A DNA stretch of 64,000 bases from an uncultured Alphaproteobacteria bacterium (GTDB lineage: Bacteria; Pseudomonadota; Alphaproteobacteria; HIMB59; GCA-002718135). The notes beneath the pieces were generated by a model. It was not told the origin of the DNA. It was given only the letters and a program-made list of their open reading frames with translations, and made no database searches. The first letter of the stretch is position 1. Every line of letters begins with the position of its first letter. The translations under genes and the position numbers were made by a program. This document shows, in pieces, positions 10,652-20,273 of this stretch. Where the stretch lies: contig CACJAV010000002.1 in NCBI GenBank assembly GCA_902591485.1, forward strand, positions 55,172 through 119,171, given 5' to 3'.

Positions 10652-11032
10652 ATGGCAAGGATTTCAGGCGTAAACATTCCAACTGCAAAAAAGATCCATA
10701 TTGCACTGACCTATATTTATGGAATAGGCCCTAAAATAGCTACTGACCTTTGTGATCTAGCATCAATTGATATATCTAAAAGAGTTAACGAGTTAAATGA
10801 TGATGAACTTAATAAAATTAGGGAAATAATAGATCAAAAACATGTAGTTGAAGGTGACTTAAGAAGAAAAGTTTCAATGGACATTAAAAGATTAAATGAT
10901 CTTGGTTGTTACAGAGGATTAAGACATAGAAAAAAACTACCTGTTAGAGGACAAAGAACACACACAAATGCAAGAACCAGAAAAGGTAAAGCAGTTGCAA
11001 TTGCGGGCAAGAAAAAAGTGACTAAAGGATAA
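10652..11032 (+). CDS. rpsM: 30S ribosomal protein S13
   Basis: 126 aa starting [10 protein letters not shown], with [20 protein letters not shown]. Confidence 0.97.
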   Translation: MARISGVNIPTAKKIHIALTYIYGIGPKIATDLCDLASIDISKRVNELNDDELNKIREIIDQKHVVEGDLRRKVSMDIKRLNDLGCYRGLRHRKKLPVRGQRTHTNARTRKGKAVAIAGKKKVTKG

Positions 11033-11033
11033 A

Positions 11034-11420
11034 ATGGTTGATAAGAAAAAAACTAAATCTAAAATTAAAAAAAAAGTTTCATCTGGAGTTGCGCACGTTG
11101 TATCATCCTTCAACAATACAATAATAACTATTACCGATGAAAATGGTAATGCTCTTGCATGGTCTTCATCAGGTCACAAAGGTTTCAAAGGTTCAAGAAA
11201 GAGCACTCCTTATGCTGCTCAAATAGCTGCTGAGGATGTAGGTAATAAAGCAAAAGAATATGGTCTTAAATCTCTAAAAGTTGAAGTTTCAGGTCCTGGA
11301 TCTGGAAGAGAATCTGCTCTTAGATCTCTTCAGGCAATAGGATATATAATAACTTCAATAAAAGATGTTACGCCAATCCCACATAACGGTTGTAGACCAA
11401 GGAAAAGAAGAAGAGTTTAA
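11034..11420 (+). CDS. rpsK: 30S ribosomal protein S11
   Basis: 128 aa containing [29 protein letters not shown]. Confidence 0.97.
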   Translation: MVDKKKTKSKIKKKVSSGVAHVVSSFNNTIITITDENGNALAWSSSGHKGFKGSRKSTPYAAQIAAEDVGNKAKEYGLKSLKVEVSGPGSGRESALRSLQAIGYIITSIKDVTPIPHNGCRPRKRRRV

Positions 11421-11437
11421 ATTACAAGGAGATTATA

Positions 11438-12460
11438 GTGCTACAAAAAAATTGGATGGAGTTAATTAAACCAAGTAAAATGGACGTAAACGTTCATAAC
11501 GATAGTAACAAAAAGGGCACGTTAATTGCAGAACCGCTAGAAAGAGGTTTTGGATTAACATTGGGTAATGCAATAAGAAGAGTATTACTTTCTTCATTAC
11601 AAGGAGCGGCTATTACTACTGTAAAAATTAAAGGTGTTGTTCATGAGTTTTCTACAATATCCGGTGTTAAAGAGGATTTGACTGATATATTACTAAATCT
11701 TAAATCAGTGGCAGTTAAAGTGCACTCTCCTGGATTAAAAAAAATGTACATAAAATCTTCTGGCTCTGGGGAAATTAGAGCTGGCAACTTTGAAACTGAC
11801 TCTGAGACTGAAATTATGAATCCTGATCAATTGATAATGACTCTTGATTCAAATGCGGATGTTGAGATTGAGGCAAATATAGAAACAGGAAAAGGTTACG
11901 TTTCAGCTGAAGTAGCCGAAGATGAAAATAAAGTAATAGGTGAAATTAAGCTTGATGCCATGTTTAGTCCTGTAATAAGAGCATCTTATAAAGTCGAGAA
12001 CAGCAGAGTAGGTCAGGTAACAGATTATGATAAATTAATTTTTGAGGTTGAAACTAATGGTGTAATTACACCTGATGATGCTATAGCTCTTGCATCAAGA
12101 ATTTTACAAGATCAATTACAACCATTTATTAATTTTGATGAACCTGAAGCTCAACAAGATCAAACTGCTTCTGAAAAACTTTCATTTAACTCTAATCTTC
12201 TTAAAAAAGTTGAAGAACTTGAGTTATCTGTAAGATCTGCAAATTGTCTAAAGAATGATAATATTATATATATTGGTGACTTAGTTCAAAAGTCTGAGTC
12301 TGAAATGCTAAGAACACCAAATTTTGGAAGAAAATCTCTTAATGAAATCAAGGAAGTTTTGCAACAAATGGAACTAAATTTAGGTATGTCGGTTCCGGAT
12401 TGGCCTCCTGAAAACATTGATGAGCTTGCAAAAAAATATGAGGATCCTTTCAATAAATAA
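11438..12460 (+). CDS. rpoA: DNA-directed RNA polymerase alpha subunit
   Basis: 340 aa with a GTG start preceded by AAGGAG. It contains PLERGFG.TLGNA.RR.LLSS and a C-terminal domain with [12 protein letters not shown]. Confidence 0.97.
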   Translation: MLQKNWMELIKPSKMDVNVHNDSNKKGTLIAEPLERGFGLTLGNAIRRVLLSSLQGAAITTVKIKGVVHEFSTISGVKEDLTDILLNLKSVAVKVHSPGLKKMYIKSSGSGEIRAGNFETDSETEIMNPDQLIMTLDSNADVEIEANIETGKGYVSAEVAEDENKVIGEIKLDAMFSPVIRASYKVENSRVGQVTDYDKLIFEVETNGVITPDDAIALASRILQDQLQPFINFDEPEAQQDQTASEKLSFNSNLLKKVEELELSVRSANCLKNDNIIYIGDLVQKSESEMLRTPNFGRKSLNEIKEVLQQMELNLGMSVPDWPPENIDELAKKYEDPFNK

Positions 12461-12466
12461 TTTTTT

Positions 12467-12901
12467 ATGAAACACAATATTAAGCACAGAAAACTAAATC
12501 GAACTTCTTCTCACAGAAAAGCTCTTTTAATGAATTTATCAAATTCATTGATAAAACACGAGCAAATTACAACTACTTTACCAAAAGCAAAAGAGTTAAG
12601 ACCATTTGTGGAGAAACTAATTACTTTGGGTAAAAAAGGTGATTTAGCTGCAAGAAAAAAATCCATATCGATTCTTCAAGATGAAAAAATGTCAAAAAAA
12701 CTTTTTGGAATATTAGCTGATCGATACAAAGATCGAAATGGTGGTTATACTAGAATCATTAAGTTGGGAAATAGATATGGAGATAACGCTCCAACAGCTG
12801 TAATTGAGTTTGTTGAAAGAGATGAAGAAGCAAAAGGTTTGGACTCCGGACCTGTTATAGAAAAGAAAACAACTGAAGAAGAACAACTTCCTCAAAACTA
12901 A
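12467..12901 (+). CDS. rplQ: 50S ribosomal protein L17
   Basis: 144 aa containing [27 protein letters not shown]. Confidence 0.97.
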   Translation: MKHNIKHRKLNRTSSHRKALLMNLSNSLIKHEQITTTLPKAKELRPFVEKLITLGKKGDLAARKKSISILQDEKMSKKLFGILADRYKDRNGGYTRIIKLGNRYGDNAPTAVIEFVERDEEAKGLDSGPVIEKKTTEEEQLPQN

Positions 12902-12903
12902 AA

Positions 12904-13284
12904 TTGGTTAATATTCTTTTAGTCGCCATAGGTGGATCTCTTGGCGCTTCATTAAGATATTTAGCTTATTTAATTTTTAAATCTTATATTTTTACAAATT
13001 ATATATTCTTAAGTACACTTTTTGTTAACGTTTTAGGATCATTTCTCATTGGATTACTAATTACGTTTATGGAAACTAAAAATTTTTCTTCAGATGCTAT
13101 AAAATATTTTTTAATCATTGGTGTGTTAGGGTCTTTTACAACTTTTTCAACTTTCTCTTTTGAAAGTGTAGATTTACTTTTAAGTAAAAAATTTTTACAG
13201 GCATTTTCTTACATGTTTTTATCATTGTCATTATGCTTATTATTTACTTTTCTTGGTTTAAATATTAACAAATTAATTAATTGA
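12904..13284 (+). CDS. crcB: Fluoride ion channel CrcB/FluC
   Basis: 126 aa with 4 predicted TM segments and a CrcB-like N-terminus (LLVAIGGSLGASLRY) plus GSFTTFSTFS. It has a TTG start 2 nt after the rplQ stop. Confidence 0.88.
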   Translation: MVNILLVAIGGSLGASLRYLAYLIFKSYIFTNYIFLSTLFVNVLGSFLIGLLITFMETKNFSSDAIKYFLIIGVLGSFTTFSTFSFESVDLLLSKKFLQAFSYMFLSLSLCLLFTFLGLNINKLIN

Positions 13285-14171
13285 TTAAAAAAATTAAAAT
13301 TGCTCAAGGTTTTGAAGATCAAAGACTAGATAAATATCTAAAAAGATTATTTTCTAATTTGTCTCAGAGTTTTATTGAGAAAAACTTAAGAAAAAAAAAT
13401 ATTTTAATTAATGGTTTGAGTGTAAAATCAAAATACTTAGTTAATGAAAATGATTTAATCATAATAAAAAATTATTCAGAAGAAATTTATGCAACCCATG
13501 AACCACAAAGGAATTACAAAAAAGTAAATAAAACTCAAATCAAGAATTTCAAAGATTCTATTGTTTTTGAAAACGATAATTTTATAGTTATTAATAAGTG
13601 GTGTGGAATATCAACTCAGGGAGGCACGAATATTATTATTTCAATAGATGATATTATTAAAACTATTTCAACAAACTATAATTTAGTTCATAGATTGGAT
13701 AAAGAGACTTCAGGTTTATTAATTATTGCAAAAAATATTAAGTATACAAAGATATTTGGTAAGCTTTTTAAATTGCAACTTATAAAAAAAACTTATTTGG
13801 CATTATGTGATGGAAAACCAAAGATGAATGAATCTTATGTTGATTTACTATTGCATAATGAGAAGAAAGATAAGAATCAAACAAAAACATTTTATAAAAT
13901 ATTATCAAATAAACAAAGAACATCACTCATACAATTTGAGCCAAAAACTGGAAAAAAACATCAATTAAGAATTGTGGCTAAAAATCTTGGTTCCCCAATT
14001 GTTGGTGATAGTAAATATAATTTAAATCAATCAAATAAAAATGAAAATTTAAAATTAAATGCTCATAAATTAGAATTTAAGATTGACGGTAATCAATTTA
14101 ATTTTAAATCAGATTTGCCAAATGATTTTACAAATTATATGAAACAAAAGCAGATTAGCTTTAGAGAATAA
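13281..14171 (+). CDS. RluA/RluC/RluD-family 23S rRNA pseudouridine synthase
   Basis: 296 aa with a TTG start overlapping crcB by 4 nt. It has an S4-like N-terminal domain (RLDKYL..) and the catalytic motif HRLDKETSGLLIIAK. Confidence 0.88.
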   Translation: MIKKIKIAQGFEDQRLDKYLKRLFSNLSQSFIEKNLRKKNILINGLSVKSKYLVNENDLIIIKNYSEEIYATHEPQRNYKKVNKTQIKNFKDSIVFENDNFIVINKWCGISTQGGTNIIISIDDIIKTISTNYNLVHRLDKETSGLLIIAKNIKYTKIFGKLFKLQLIKKTYLALCDGKPKMNESYVDLLLHNEKKDKNQTKTFYKILSNKQRTSLIQFEPKTGKKHQLRIVAKNLGSPIVGDSKYNLNQSNKNENLKLNAHKLEFKIDGNQFNFKSDLPNDFTNYMKQKQISFRE

Positions 14172-14819
14172 TTATTTAAGTTGTTGTAAATTTTTCAAAA
14201 AAATTTTTGAATATTCATTATCAAAACATTCTTCATCCAAGTTTATACCTAACTCAAATAAGGAAGTATTTTTAAAGTTTTCAAGACCGCATGCATTTAT
14301 ATATTCATAATTTGTCATATCTGGTTTTATATTAAAACTTAATCCGTGGTATGTTATCCATTTTTGTAACCTCAGACCTATAGCACCAATTTTTTCTTCT
14401 TTATCAAATGTTTGTCCATCCTTACCTGTAACCCAAATACCAACCCGATCTTTAAAAGTTGTAGCATTTATTTTGTAGTTTTTTAAAAAATCAATGAGTG
14501 ATTGTTCAATTATTGTAATAAACTTTCGAATATCTTTTTTTTTACTATTGAGATCTATCATGAAATACACAATTCTTTGACCTGGCCCATGGTATGTGGT
14601 CTTGCCTCCTCGGTTTGTTTTTACTATTTTGATTTCATTTGTTTTTAATATTTCATTTTCATTAGCGCTTGTACCTTTTGTATAAATATGATCATGGTTT
14701 AAAAACCAAATTAATTCTTTTTGTAAATTTCTAGAAATTTCTTTAACTCTGAGTTGCATAAATTTTACAGAAGCCTCATAGTCTACTAGATCGTACTGTT
14801 TTTTAATTTCTATATTCAT
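14172..14819 (-). CDS. lipB: Octanoyltransferase (lipoyl(octanoyl) transferase)
   Basis: 215 aa containing RGGKTTYHGPGQ, KIGAIGLR and NACGL, the LipB catalytic-region motifs. Confidence 0.92.
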   Translation of the reverse strand: MNIEIKKQYDLVDYEASVKFMQLRVKEISRNLQKELIWFLNHDHIYTKGTSANENEILKTNEIKIVKTNRGGKTTYHGPGQRIVYFMIDLNSKKKDIRKFITIIEQSLIDFLKNYKINATTFKDRVGIWVTGKDGQTFDKEEKIGAIGLRLQKWITYHGLSFNIKPDMTNYEYINACGLENFKNTSLFELGINLDEECFDNEYSKIFLKNLQQLK

Positions 14820-14874
14820 GAATTTAACCTTATTGCTATTATTAACTTATCTGCTATTTAATGCTAGTAAATAT

Positions 14875-14961
14875 GCGGCTGTGGCGGAATTGGTATACGC
14901 GCAGCGTTGAGGTCGCTGTGGGATTTATCCTGTGGAAGTTCAAGTCTTCTCAGCCGCACCA
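14875..14961 (+). tRNA. tRNA-Leu (anticodon GAG), CCA encoded
   Basis: Hand-folded. Acceptor stem GCGGCTG/CAGCCGC; anticodon stem CAGCG/CGCTG with loop TTGAGGT (anticodon GAG). A long variable arm (GGGA-TTTA-TCCT) is typical of class II tRNAs. T-arm is GGAAG-TTCAAGT-CTTCT and the 3' end is ACCA. Confidence 0.9.
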
Positions 14962-14995
14962 AATACTTTTTCAAAAATTAATGATATAAATACAT

Positions 14996-16333
14996 ATGAT
15001 TAAAAAAGATGATCTAACTGAATATTTTTTTAGAGGAATAAAATCTAAAACCAATTTAAAAATTGGTGTGGAGCATGAAAAATTTATCTTAAATAAAAAT
15101 ACTATAAAGCCACTTTCCTATGAGGAGCAGAATGGTATTAAAGAAATTCTAGAAAAACTAACAACTATTGGTTGGAGACCTTTGTATGATGATAATAAAA
15201 AAACAATCATTGCTCTCAAAAGAGGTAAGGAGGCTATTACTTTAGAGCCAGGTGGACAAATTGAACTATCAGGAGCTCCTTTAGATAACATTCATGAAAC
15301 ATGTGAGGAAACAACTAATCATCTTAAAGAATTAAAAAAGATTGGTAATGAATTTAACTTTATTTTGTTAGGGATTGGAGTTGAGCCTAATCTTAGTTTA
15401 GATGATATTCCTTGGATACCAAAACAGCGCTATGGGATCATGAAAAAATACATGACTAAAGTTGGAACTTTAGGTCATCACATGATGAAGCGTACTTGCA
15501 CTAATCAAGTCAATATAGATTATTCTTCAGAAGTAGATATGATTGAAAAATTAAGATTAATGTTTAATCTTGAGTCTATTGCTACGGCAATGTTTGCTAA
15601 TTCTCCCTTTGATCAAGGTAAAATCTCAAAATATAAAAGTTTGCGTTCGCATTTTTGGCATCATACAGACCCTGATAGAACAGGATTACTTCCTTTTGTA
15701 TTTGAAAAAGGATTTAGCTTTGAAAAATATACTGATTACGCCTTAAGTGTGCCAATGTATTTCATAAATAGAAATCATAATTATATCGATATGACTAAAT
15801 ATACTTTTAAAGAGTATTTAGATGAAAATTCTAATCATCAAGATGACTCAATTCTGCTTAAAGATTGGGAAGATCATTTAACAACTTTATTTCCACAAGT
15901 TCGATTGAAACAATATATAGAAATACGTTCGATGGATGCATGTAGTTGGGATTTAATCTGTTCACAGCCTGCATTTTGGATAGGAATTTTGTATGATGAT
16001 GAAATTATGGACAATGTAAAAGAAATAACAGAAAGTTGGACGCAGGAGGATAGACAATATTTGAATAAAACAGTACCTCAAGATGGATTGCAATCTACAT
16101 TTAAAGAAAAAAAATTAATCTCATTTGCTCAAGATTTTTTTGAGCTATCCAAAAAAGGTCTAAAAAAAAGAAACCGATTATCTAAAAATGGTGAGTTTGA
16201 TGAAAGTATTCATATGAAAGACCTAGAGAAAAATCTCGAAAATGGATGTTCCCCAGCTGATTGTTTAATAAATAAATATAAATTAAATTGGGATAAGTCG
16301 GTAATGCCTATTTATGAAGAAATGATTTTTTGA
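14996..16333 (+). CDS. gshA: Glutamate-cysteine ligase, plant/alphaproteobacterial type (GCS2 family)
   Basis: 445 aa containing GVEHEKF and TLEPGGQIELSGAPL, matching the plant-type GSH1 family. It lies directly upstream of gshB. Confidence 0.9.
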   Translation: MIKKDDLTEYFFRGIKSKTNLKIGVEHEKFILNKNTIKPLSYEEQNGIKEILEKLTTIGWRPLYDDNKKTIIALKRGKEAITLEPGGQIELSGAPLDNIHETCEETTNHLKELKKIGNEFNFILLGIGVEPNLSLDDIPWIPKQRYGIMKKYMTKVGTLGHHMMKRTCTNQVNIDYSSEVDMIEKLRLMFNLESIATAMFANSPFDQGKISKYKSLRSHFWHHTDPDRTGLLPFVFEKGFSFEKYTDYALSVPMYFINRNHNYIDMTKYTFKEYLDENSNHQDDSILLKDWEDHLTTLFPQVRLKQYIEIRSMDACSWDLICSQPAFWIGILYDDEIMDNVKEITESWTQEDRQYLNKTVPQDGLQSTFKEKKLISFAQDFFELSKKGLKKRNRLSKNGEFDESIHMKDLEKNLENGCSPADCLINKYKLNWDKSVMPIYEEMIF

Positions 16334-17274
16334 TGAAAAACAAAATTGCAATTCAGATGGATGATATAAAGACAATTGATTATGTTTTTGACTCATCCTT
16401 TATGATTGGACTTGAAGGCCAAAAAAGGAATTATGAAATATTTTATTACCATCCAAATGATTTATACATTGATAATGGGTTAGTTAAGGCAAGAGGATTT
16501 TATATAGAGTTATTTGAGCAAGATAAAAACTATTTTAAATTTTTATCGGAAAAGATTGAAATAAATTTGGAAGAATTTAAATTTATTTTTTTAAGACAAG
16601 ATCCTCCATTTAATATGCATTATATAACATCTACTTACTTATTAGATTGTCTTTCAGATACTACGATCGTTATTAATAATCCAACTTCTGTGCGCAATTG
16701 TACTGAAAAAATTCTCCCTTTTAAATTTAAAGAATTTATGCCTCCAACTCTTATTTCACAAAACATAAAGGATATCGAAAATTTTTTAAATATTCACAAA
16801 GATGTCATTACAAAGCCACTATATGGCAATGGTGGAGAGGGTATAAATAGAAGTAATGAGGGTAATCTTATAGGTATCGAAACAGCAAATGATTATTTAG
16901 ATATGCCCATAATAGCACAAAAATATATTCCAGAAATTAAGGACGGGGATCGAAGAATAGTTTTCTTTGATGGAGAATATGCTGGTTCTGTTGCAAGAAT
17001 TCCAGCGGAGGGAAGTATAAAAGCAAACTTTCATGCTGGGGGAATAGCTAAAAAAACAGATTTAGTTTTTCGTGATCAGCAAATAATAGAAGCTATTGGG
17101 CCTGAATTAAAAAAACTTGATCTTTTTTTTGTGGGTATTGATATTATAGGTAATTTTCTTACAGAAATTAATGTTACCTCACCAACTGGTATAAAACAAA
17201 TCAATCAATTAAATAATGTTAAACTAGAACAAGTATTTTGGGATAAACTTGAAGCAAAATATAAAATAGTTTAA
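16330..17274 (+). CDS. gshB: Glutathione synthetase (ATP-grasp)
   Basis: 314 aa with an ATGA overlap onto gshA. Motifs KPLYGNGGEGI and GDRRIVFFDGEY parallel E. coli GshB. Confidence 0.92.
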   Translation: MMKNKIAIQMDDIKTIDYVFDSSFMIGLEGQKRNYEIFYYHPNDLYIDNGLVKARGFYIELFEQDKNYFKFLSEKIEINLEEFKFIFLRQDPPFNMHYITSTYLLDCLSDTTIVINNPTSVRNCTEKILPFKFKEFMPPTLISQNIKDIENFLNIHKDVITKPLYGNGGEGINRSNEGNLIGIETANDYLDMPIIAQKYIPEIKDGDRRIVFFDGEYAGSVARIPAEGSIKANFHAGGIAKKTDLVFRDQQIIEAIGPELKKLDLFFVGIDIIGNFLTEINVTSPTGIKQINQLNNVKLEQVFWDKLEAKYKIV

Positions 17275-17298
17275 AGATTAATAAATAAAGGAAAGTAT

Positions 17299-17862
17299 AT
17301 GAACAATAGTAGAATTCTTATTAATGACTTAAAAATTTTTCAAGGAATTAATCAAAATATAATCAACGTATTGCTTATTCTTTTTGGAACCTTATTGCTA
17401 ACAATATCAGCTAAAGTCCAAGTACCATTTTGGCCTGTTCCTATGACAATGCAAACGTTCGTGGTATTTTTAATTGGATCTACTTACGGTGTTCGTTTAT
17501 CATTTATCACATTAATCGCTTATTTAATTGAAGGTGCAATAGGCTTACCAGTATTTGCTGCTGGAGGTGGTATTGTCTATTTAACTGGTCCTACAGCAGG
17601 ATATTTGTATGGAATGACAATAGCTGCTGCAGCCATCAGTTACTTTGCTAATATAGGGTTCAGCACTTCCTATATAAAGTCTTTTATAAGTATCATGATT
17701 GGCTCAATCATAATATTTGCTTGTGGTATTTTATATTTAGGTTCAATTATTGGATACACTAAAGCGATACAAGCAGGATTGTTACCATTTATTCCTAGTG
17801 AGATATTTAAAATAGCACTAGCTGTTCTGTTGATACCAACTCTTCATAAAATTATAAAATAA
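17299..17862 (+). CDS. bioY: Biotin transporter BioY (S-component)
   Basis: 187 aa with 5-6 TM segments. It contains the BioY-like VPMTMQTF.V.L.G and GLPVFAAGGG..YL.GPTAGYL. Confidence 0.88.
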   Translation: MNNSRILINDLKIFQGINQNIINVLLILFGTLLLTISAKVQVPFWPVPMTMQTFVVFLIGSTYGVRLSFITLIAYLIEGAIGLPVFAAGGGIVYLTGPTAGYLYGMTIAAAAISYFANIGFSTSYIKSFISIMIGSIIIFACGILYLGSIIGYTKAIQAGLLPFIPSEIFKIALAVLLIPTLHKIIK

Positions 17863-17868
17863 TTTTAG

Positions 17869-18759
17869 ATGAAAATAGGTATCGATCTCGGTGGGACGAA
17901 GACCGAAGGTATTTTAATTGATGACGTTGGTAAAGAACTCTCAAGAACAAGAATCAAAACTGAAAAAAACTATGATGGAACTATTCAAGGTATAATATCT
18001 ATAGTTAAAAAGTTTGAAAGTGATTTTGGTAATTCAACATCTGTTGGAATTGGAATGCCTGGAGCTGTATCTTCCGATTCAGCCTTAGTAAAGAATGCTA
18101 ATTCAATATGGTTGAATGGAAAACCTTTTAGGAAAGATTTAGAAAAAGAACTTGATCGAAAAGTTCATCTAGAAAATGATGCAAACTGTTTTGCATTATC
18201 AGAGGCAGTAGATGGGGCTGGCAAAGGTCATCCTGTGGTTTTTGGTGTTATAATTGGAACTGGTACGGGAGGAGGTATATCTATTAATCAAAAAGTATTA
18301 ACAGGAAGAAATAATATAGCTGGGGAATGGGGTCATATAGGTTTACCAAATAGATCTGATGAGGAAAAAAAATTTGTTAGCCAGTGTTATTGTCAAAAAA
18401 GTGGTTGTATGGAAACTTACGTATCTGGCCCAGGCTTTGCTAATTGTTTTAATCTTAAACATAATACAAGTTATGACTCACATGCAATTTTGAAAGAATT
18501 TGAGAATAATGAGAAGAGGGCAATAGAGGCTTTAAATAATTATGTGGATCATCTTGCAAGAGGATTATCTCTTGTTTGTAATATATTGGATCCAGATATA
18601 ATTGTCTTAGGTGGAGGGATGTCAAACATCTCATACATTTATGAAAATATAAATACCGTCCTAAAAAAATATATTTTTAGTGATACTTTTCACACAAAAG
18701 TCGTAAAAAATATTCACGGTGACTCAGGCGGAGTAAGAGGAGCTGCTTGGCTCTCTTAA
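17869..18759 (+). CDS. ROK-family sugar kinase, NagK-like (N-acetylglucosamine kinase or fructokinase)
   Basis: 296 aa containing GIDLGGTK, DANCFALSEA, GTGTGGG and GEWGH. It also has the zinc motif CYCQKSGCMETY and HGDSGGVRGAAWL, closely paralleling E. coli NagK. Confidence 0.88.
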   Translation: MKIGIDLGGTKTEGILIDDVGKELSRTRIKTEKNYDGTIQGIISIVKKFESDFGNSTSVGIGMPGAVSSDSALVKNANSIWLNGKPFRKDLEKELDRKVHLENDANCFALSEAVDGAGKGHPVVFGVIIGTGTGGGISINQKVLTGRNNIAGEWGHIGLPNRSDEEKKFVSQCYCQKSGCMETYVSGPGFANCFNLKHNTSYDSHAILKEFENNEKRAIEALNNYVDHLARGLSLVCNILDPDIIVLGGGMSNISYIYENINTVLKKYIFSDTFHTKVVKNIHGDSGGVRGAAWLS

Positions 18760-20207
18760 ATACCGGCCATTGAAATATATTTTATATTTAAGTAATCATC
18801 AAGCCCGTACCGAGAACCTTCTCTTCCAAGACCTGATTCTTTAACTCCTCCAAAAGGTATTTCTGCCTTAGTTGTCAGTCCCGTATTTACACCAACCATG
18901 CCATATTCAAGCGCCTCTGCCACTCTCCATATTCTACCTATATCTCTTGAGTAAAAATATGATGCTAAGCCATAAGGTGTATCATTCGCAAGTTTAATTA
19001 CTTCTTCATCTGTTTTAAACTTGTATAAAGGGGCAACAGGACCAAAAGTTTCTTCATATGTAATTTTTGCTTTTGTGGTAACATCTGAGAGAATTGTTGG
19101 CTGATAAAAATTACCTCCTAATGGATGCACATCTCCCCCTACTGCAATTTTTGCTCCTTGATTAACTGCATCCTTTACTTGATCATGTACTTTAATAAGA
19201 GATGGTTGATCAATGAGTGGTCCTGAGACAATACCTTCCTCCAAGCCATTTCCGACTTTGATTTTATTAACTTCCTGAATAAATTTATTTAAAAAATCAT
19301 CATAAACTTTTTCATGAACAAAAATTCTGTTGGCACAGATACAGGTCTGACCTGAATTTCTAAATTTACTTTGCATAGCTCCTGTAACTGCTTCATCAAT
19401 GTCTGCATCATCAAATACTACAAATGGTGCATGACCCCCCAATTCCATTGATACTTTTTTCACTGTAGAAGCACTTTGTTGTAAAAGAATTTTTCCAACT
19501 TCTGTAGAACCTGTAAATGATATTTTTCTTACAATTGGATTTTCTGTTAATTCTTTACCAATAGCACCTGCTGATCCTGTAATTATATTAATAACACCAT
19601 CAGGAAAGCCAGCTTCTTTTGCCAAAACTCCAAGAGCAAGTGCAGAATAAGGAGTTTGACTAGCAGGTTTTATTACAACCGTACAACCTACAGCAAGTGC
19701 AGGCGCGCATTTTCTTGTAATCATTGTGCTAGGGAAATTCCAAGGAGTAATTGCTCCTACAACACCAACTGGTTGTTTAATAACAACTATTCTTCTGTCA
19801 GGCATTGGATCAGCTATGATATCACCGTAAACCCTTTTTCCCTCTTCTGCGTAAAAATCAATATACGTTACTCCCATTAAAATTTCACCTTTAGCTTCTG
19901 CCAAAGGTTTTCCTTGCTCGACCGTCATAATTTTTGCTAAATCATCAACATTATCTTCAATTAATCTTGCCCATTTTTGGAGTATTATCGATCTTTCCTT
20001 TGCAGTTTTATCTCTCCATGCAGGAAAAGCTTTTTGAGCCTCATCAATTGCCTTAGTAGTTTCAGATGTTGAGCATTTAGGAACTTTGCCAATAATTTCA
20101 CCATTTGCGGGATTGTCTACATCAATCTTTTCACCAGAATTGCTTTCAATCCATTTACCACCGATTAGACAATTTTCTTTGAAAAGCGCATTATTTTTAA
20201 GTTCCAT
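18756..20207 (-). CDS. gabD: NAD(P)+ succinate-semialdehyde dehydrogenase (GabD-like; a DoeC-like role is possible)
   Basis: 483 aa, collinear with E. coli GabD (VDNPANGE, ITPWNFP, ELGGHAPFVV, GQTCICANR, PFGGVKESGLGREGS). Confidence 0.9.
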   Translation of the reverse strand: MELKNNALFKENCLIGGKWIESNSGEKIDVDNPANGEIIGKVPKCSTSETTKAIDEAQKAFPAWRDKTAKERSIILQKWARLIEDNVDDLAKIMTVEQGKPLAEAKGEILMGVTYIDFYAEEGKRVYGDIIADPMPDRRIVVIKQPVGVVGAITPWNFPSTMITRKCAPALAVGCTVVIKPASQTPYSALALGVLAKEAGFPDGVINIITGSAGAIGKELTENPIVRKISFTGSTEVGKILLQQSASTVKKVSMELGGHAPFVVFDDADIDEAVTGAMQSKFRNSGQTCICANRIFVHEKVYDDFLNKFIQEVNKIKVGNGLEEGIVSGPLIDQPSLIKVHDQVKDAVNQGAKIAVGGDVHPLGGNFYQPTILSDVTTKAKITYEETFGPVAPLYKFKTDEEVIKLANDTPYGLASYFYSRDIGRIWRVAEALEYGMVGVNTGLTTKAEIPFGGVKESGLGREGSRYGLDDYLNIKYISMAGI

Positions 20208-20273
20208 ATTTACTTCCTCTTATTTATAGATTTACTAGATTATTCTATTAACTTTTAATTTATAGAGGTAAAT

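Noticed and set aside
14875-14961. tRNA-Leu as a possible genomic-island integration site.
   Set aside because: There is no integrase, no direct repeat of the tRNA 3' end and no compositional break nearby. The flanking genes (lipB, gshA) are housekeeping genes.
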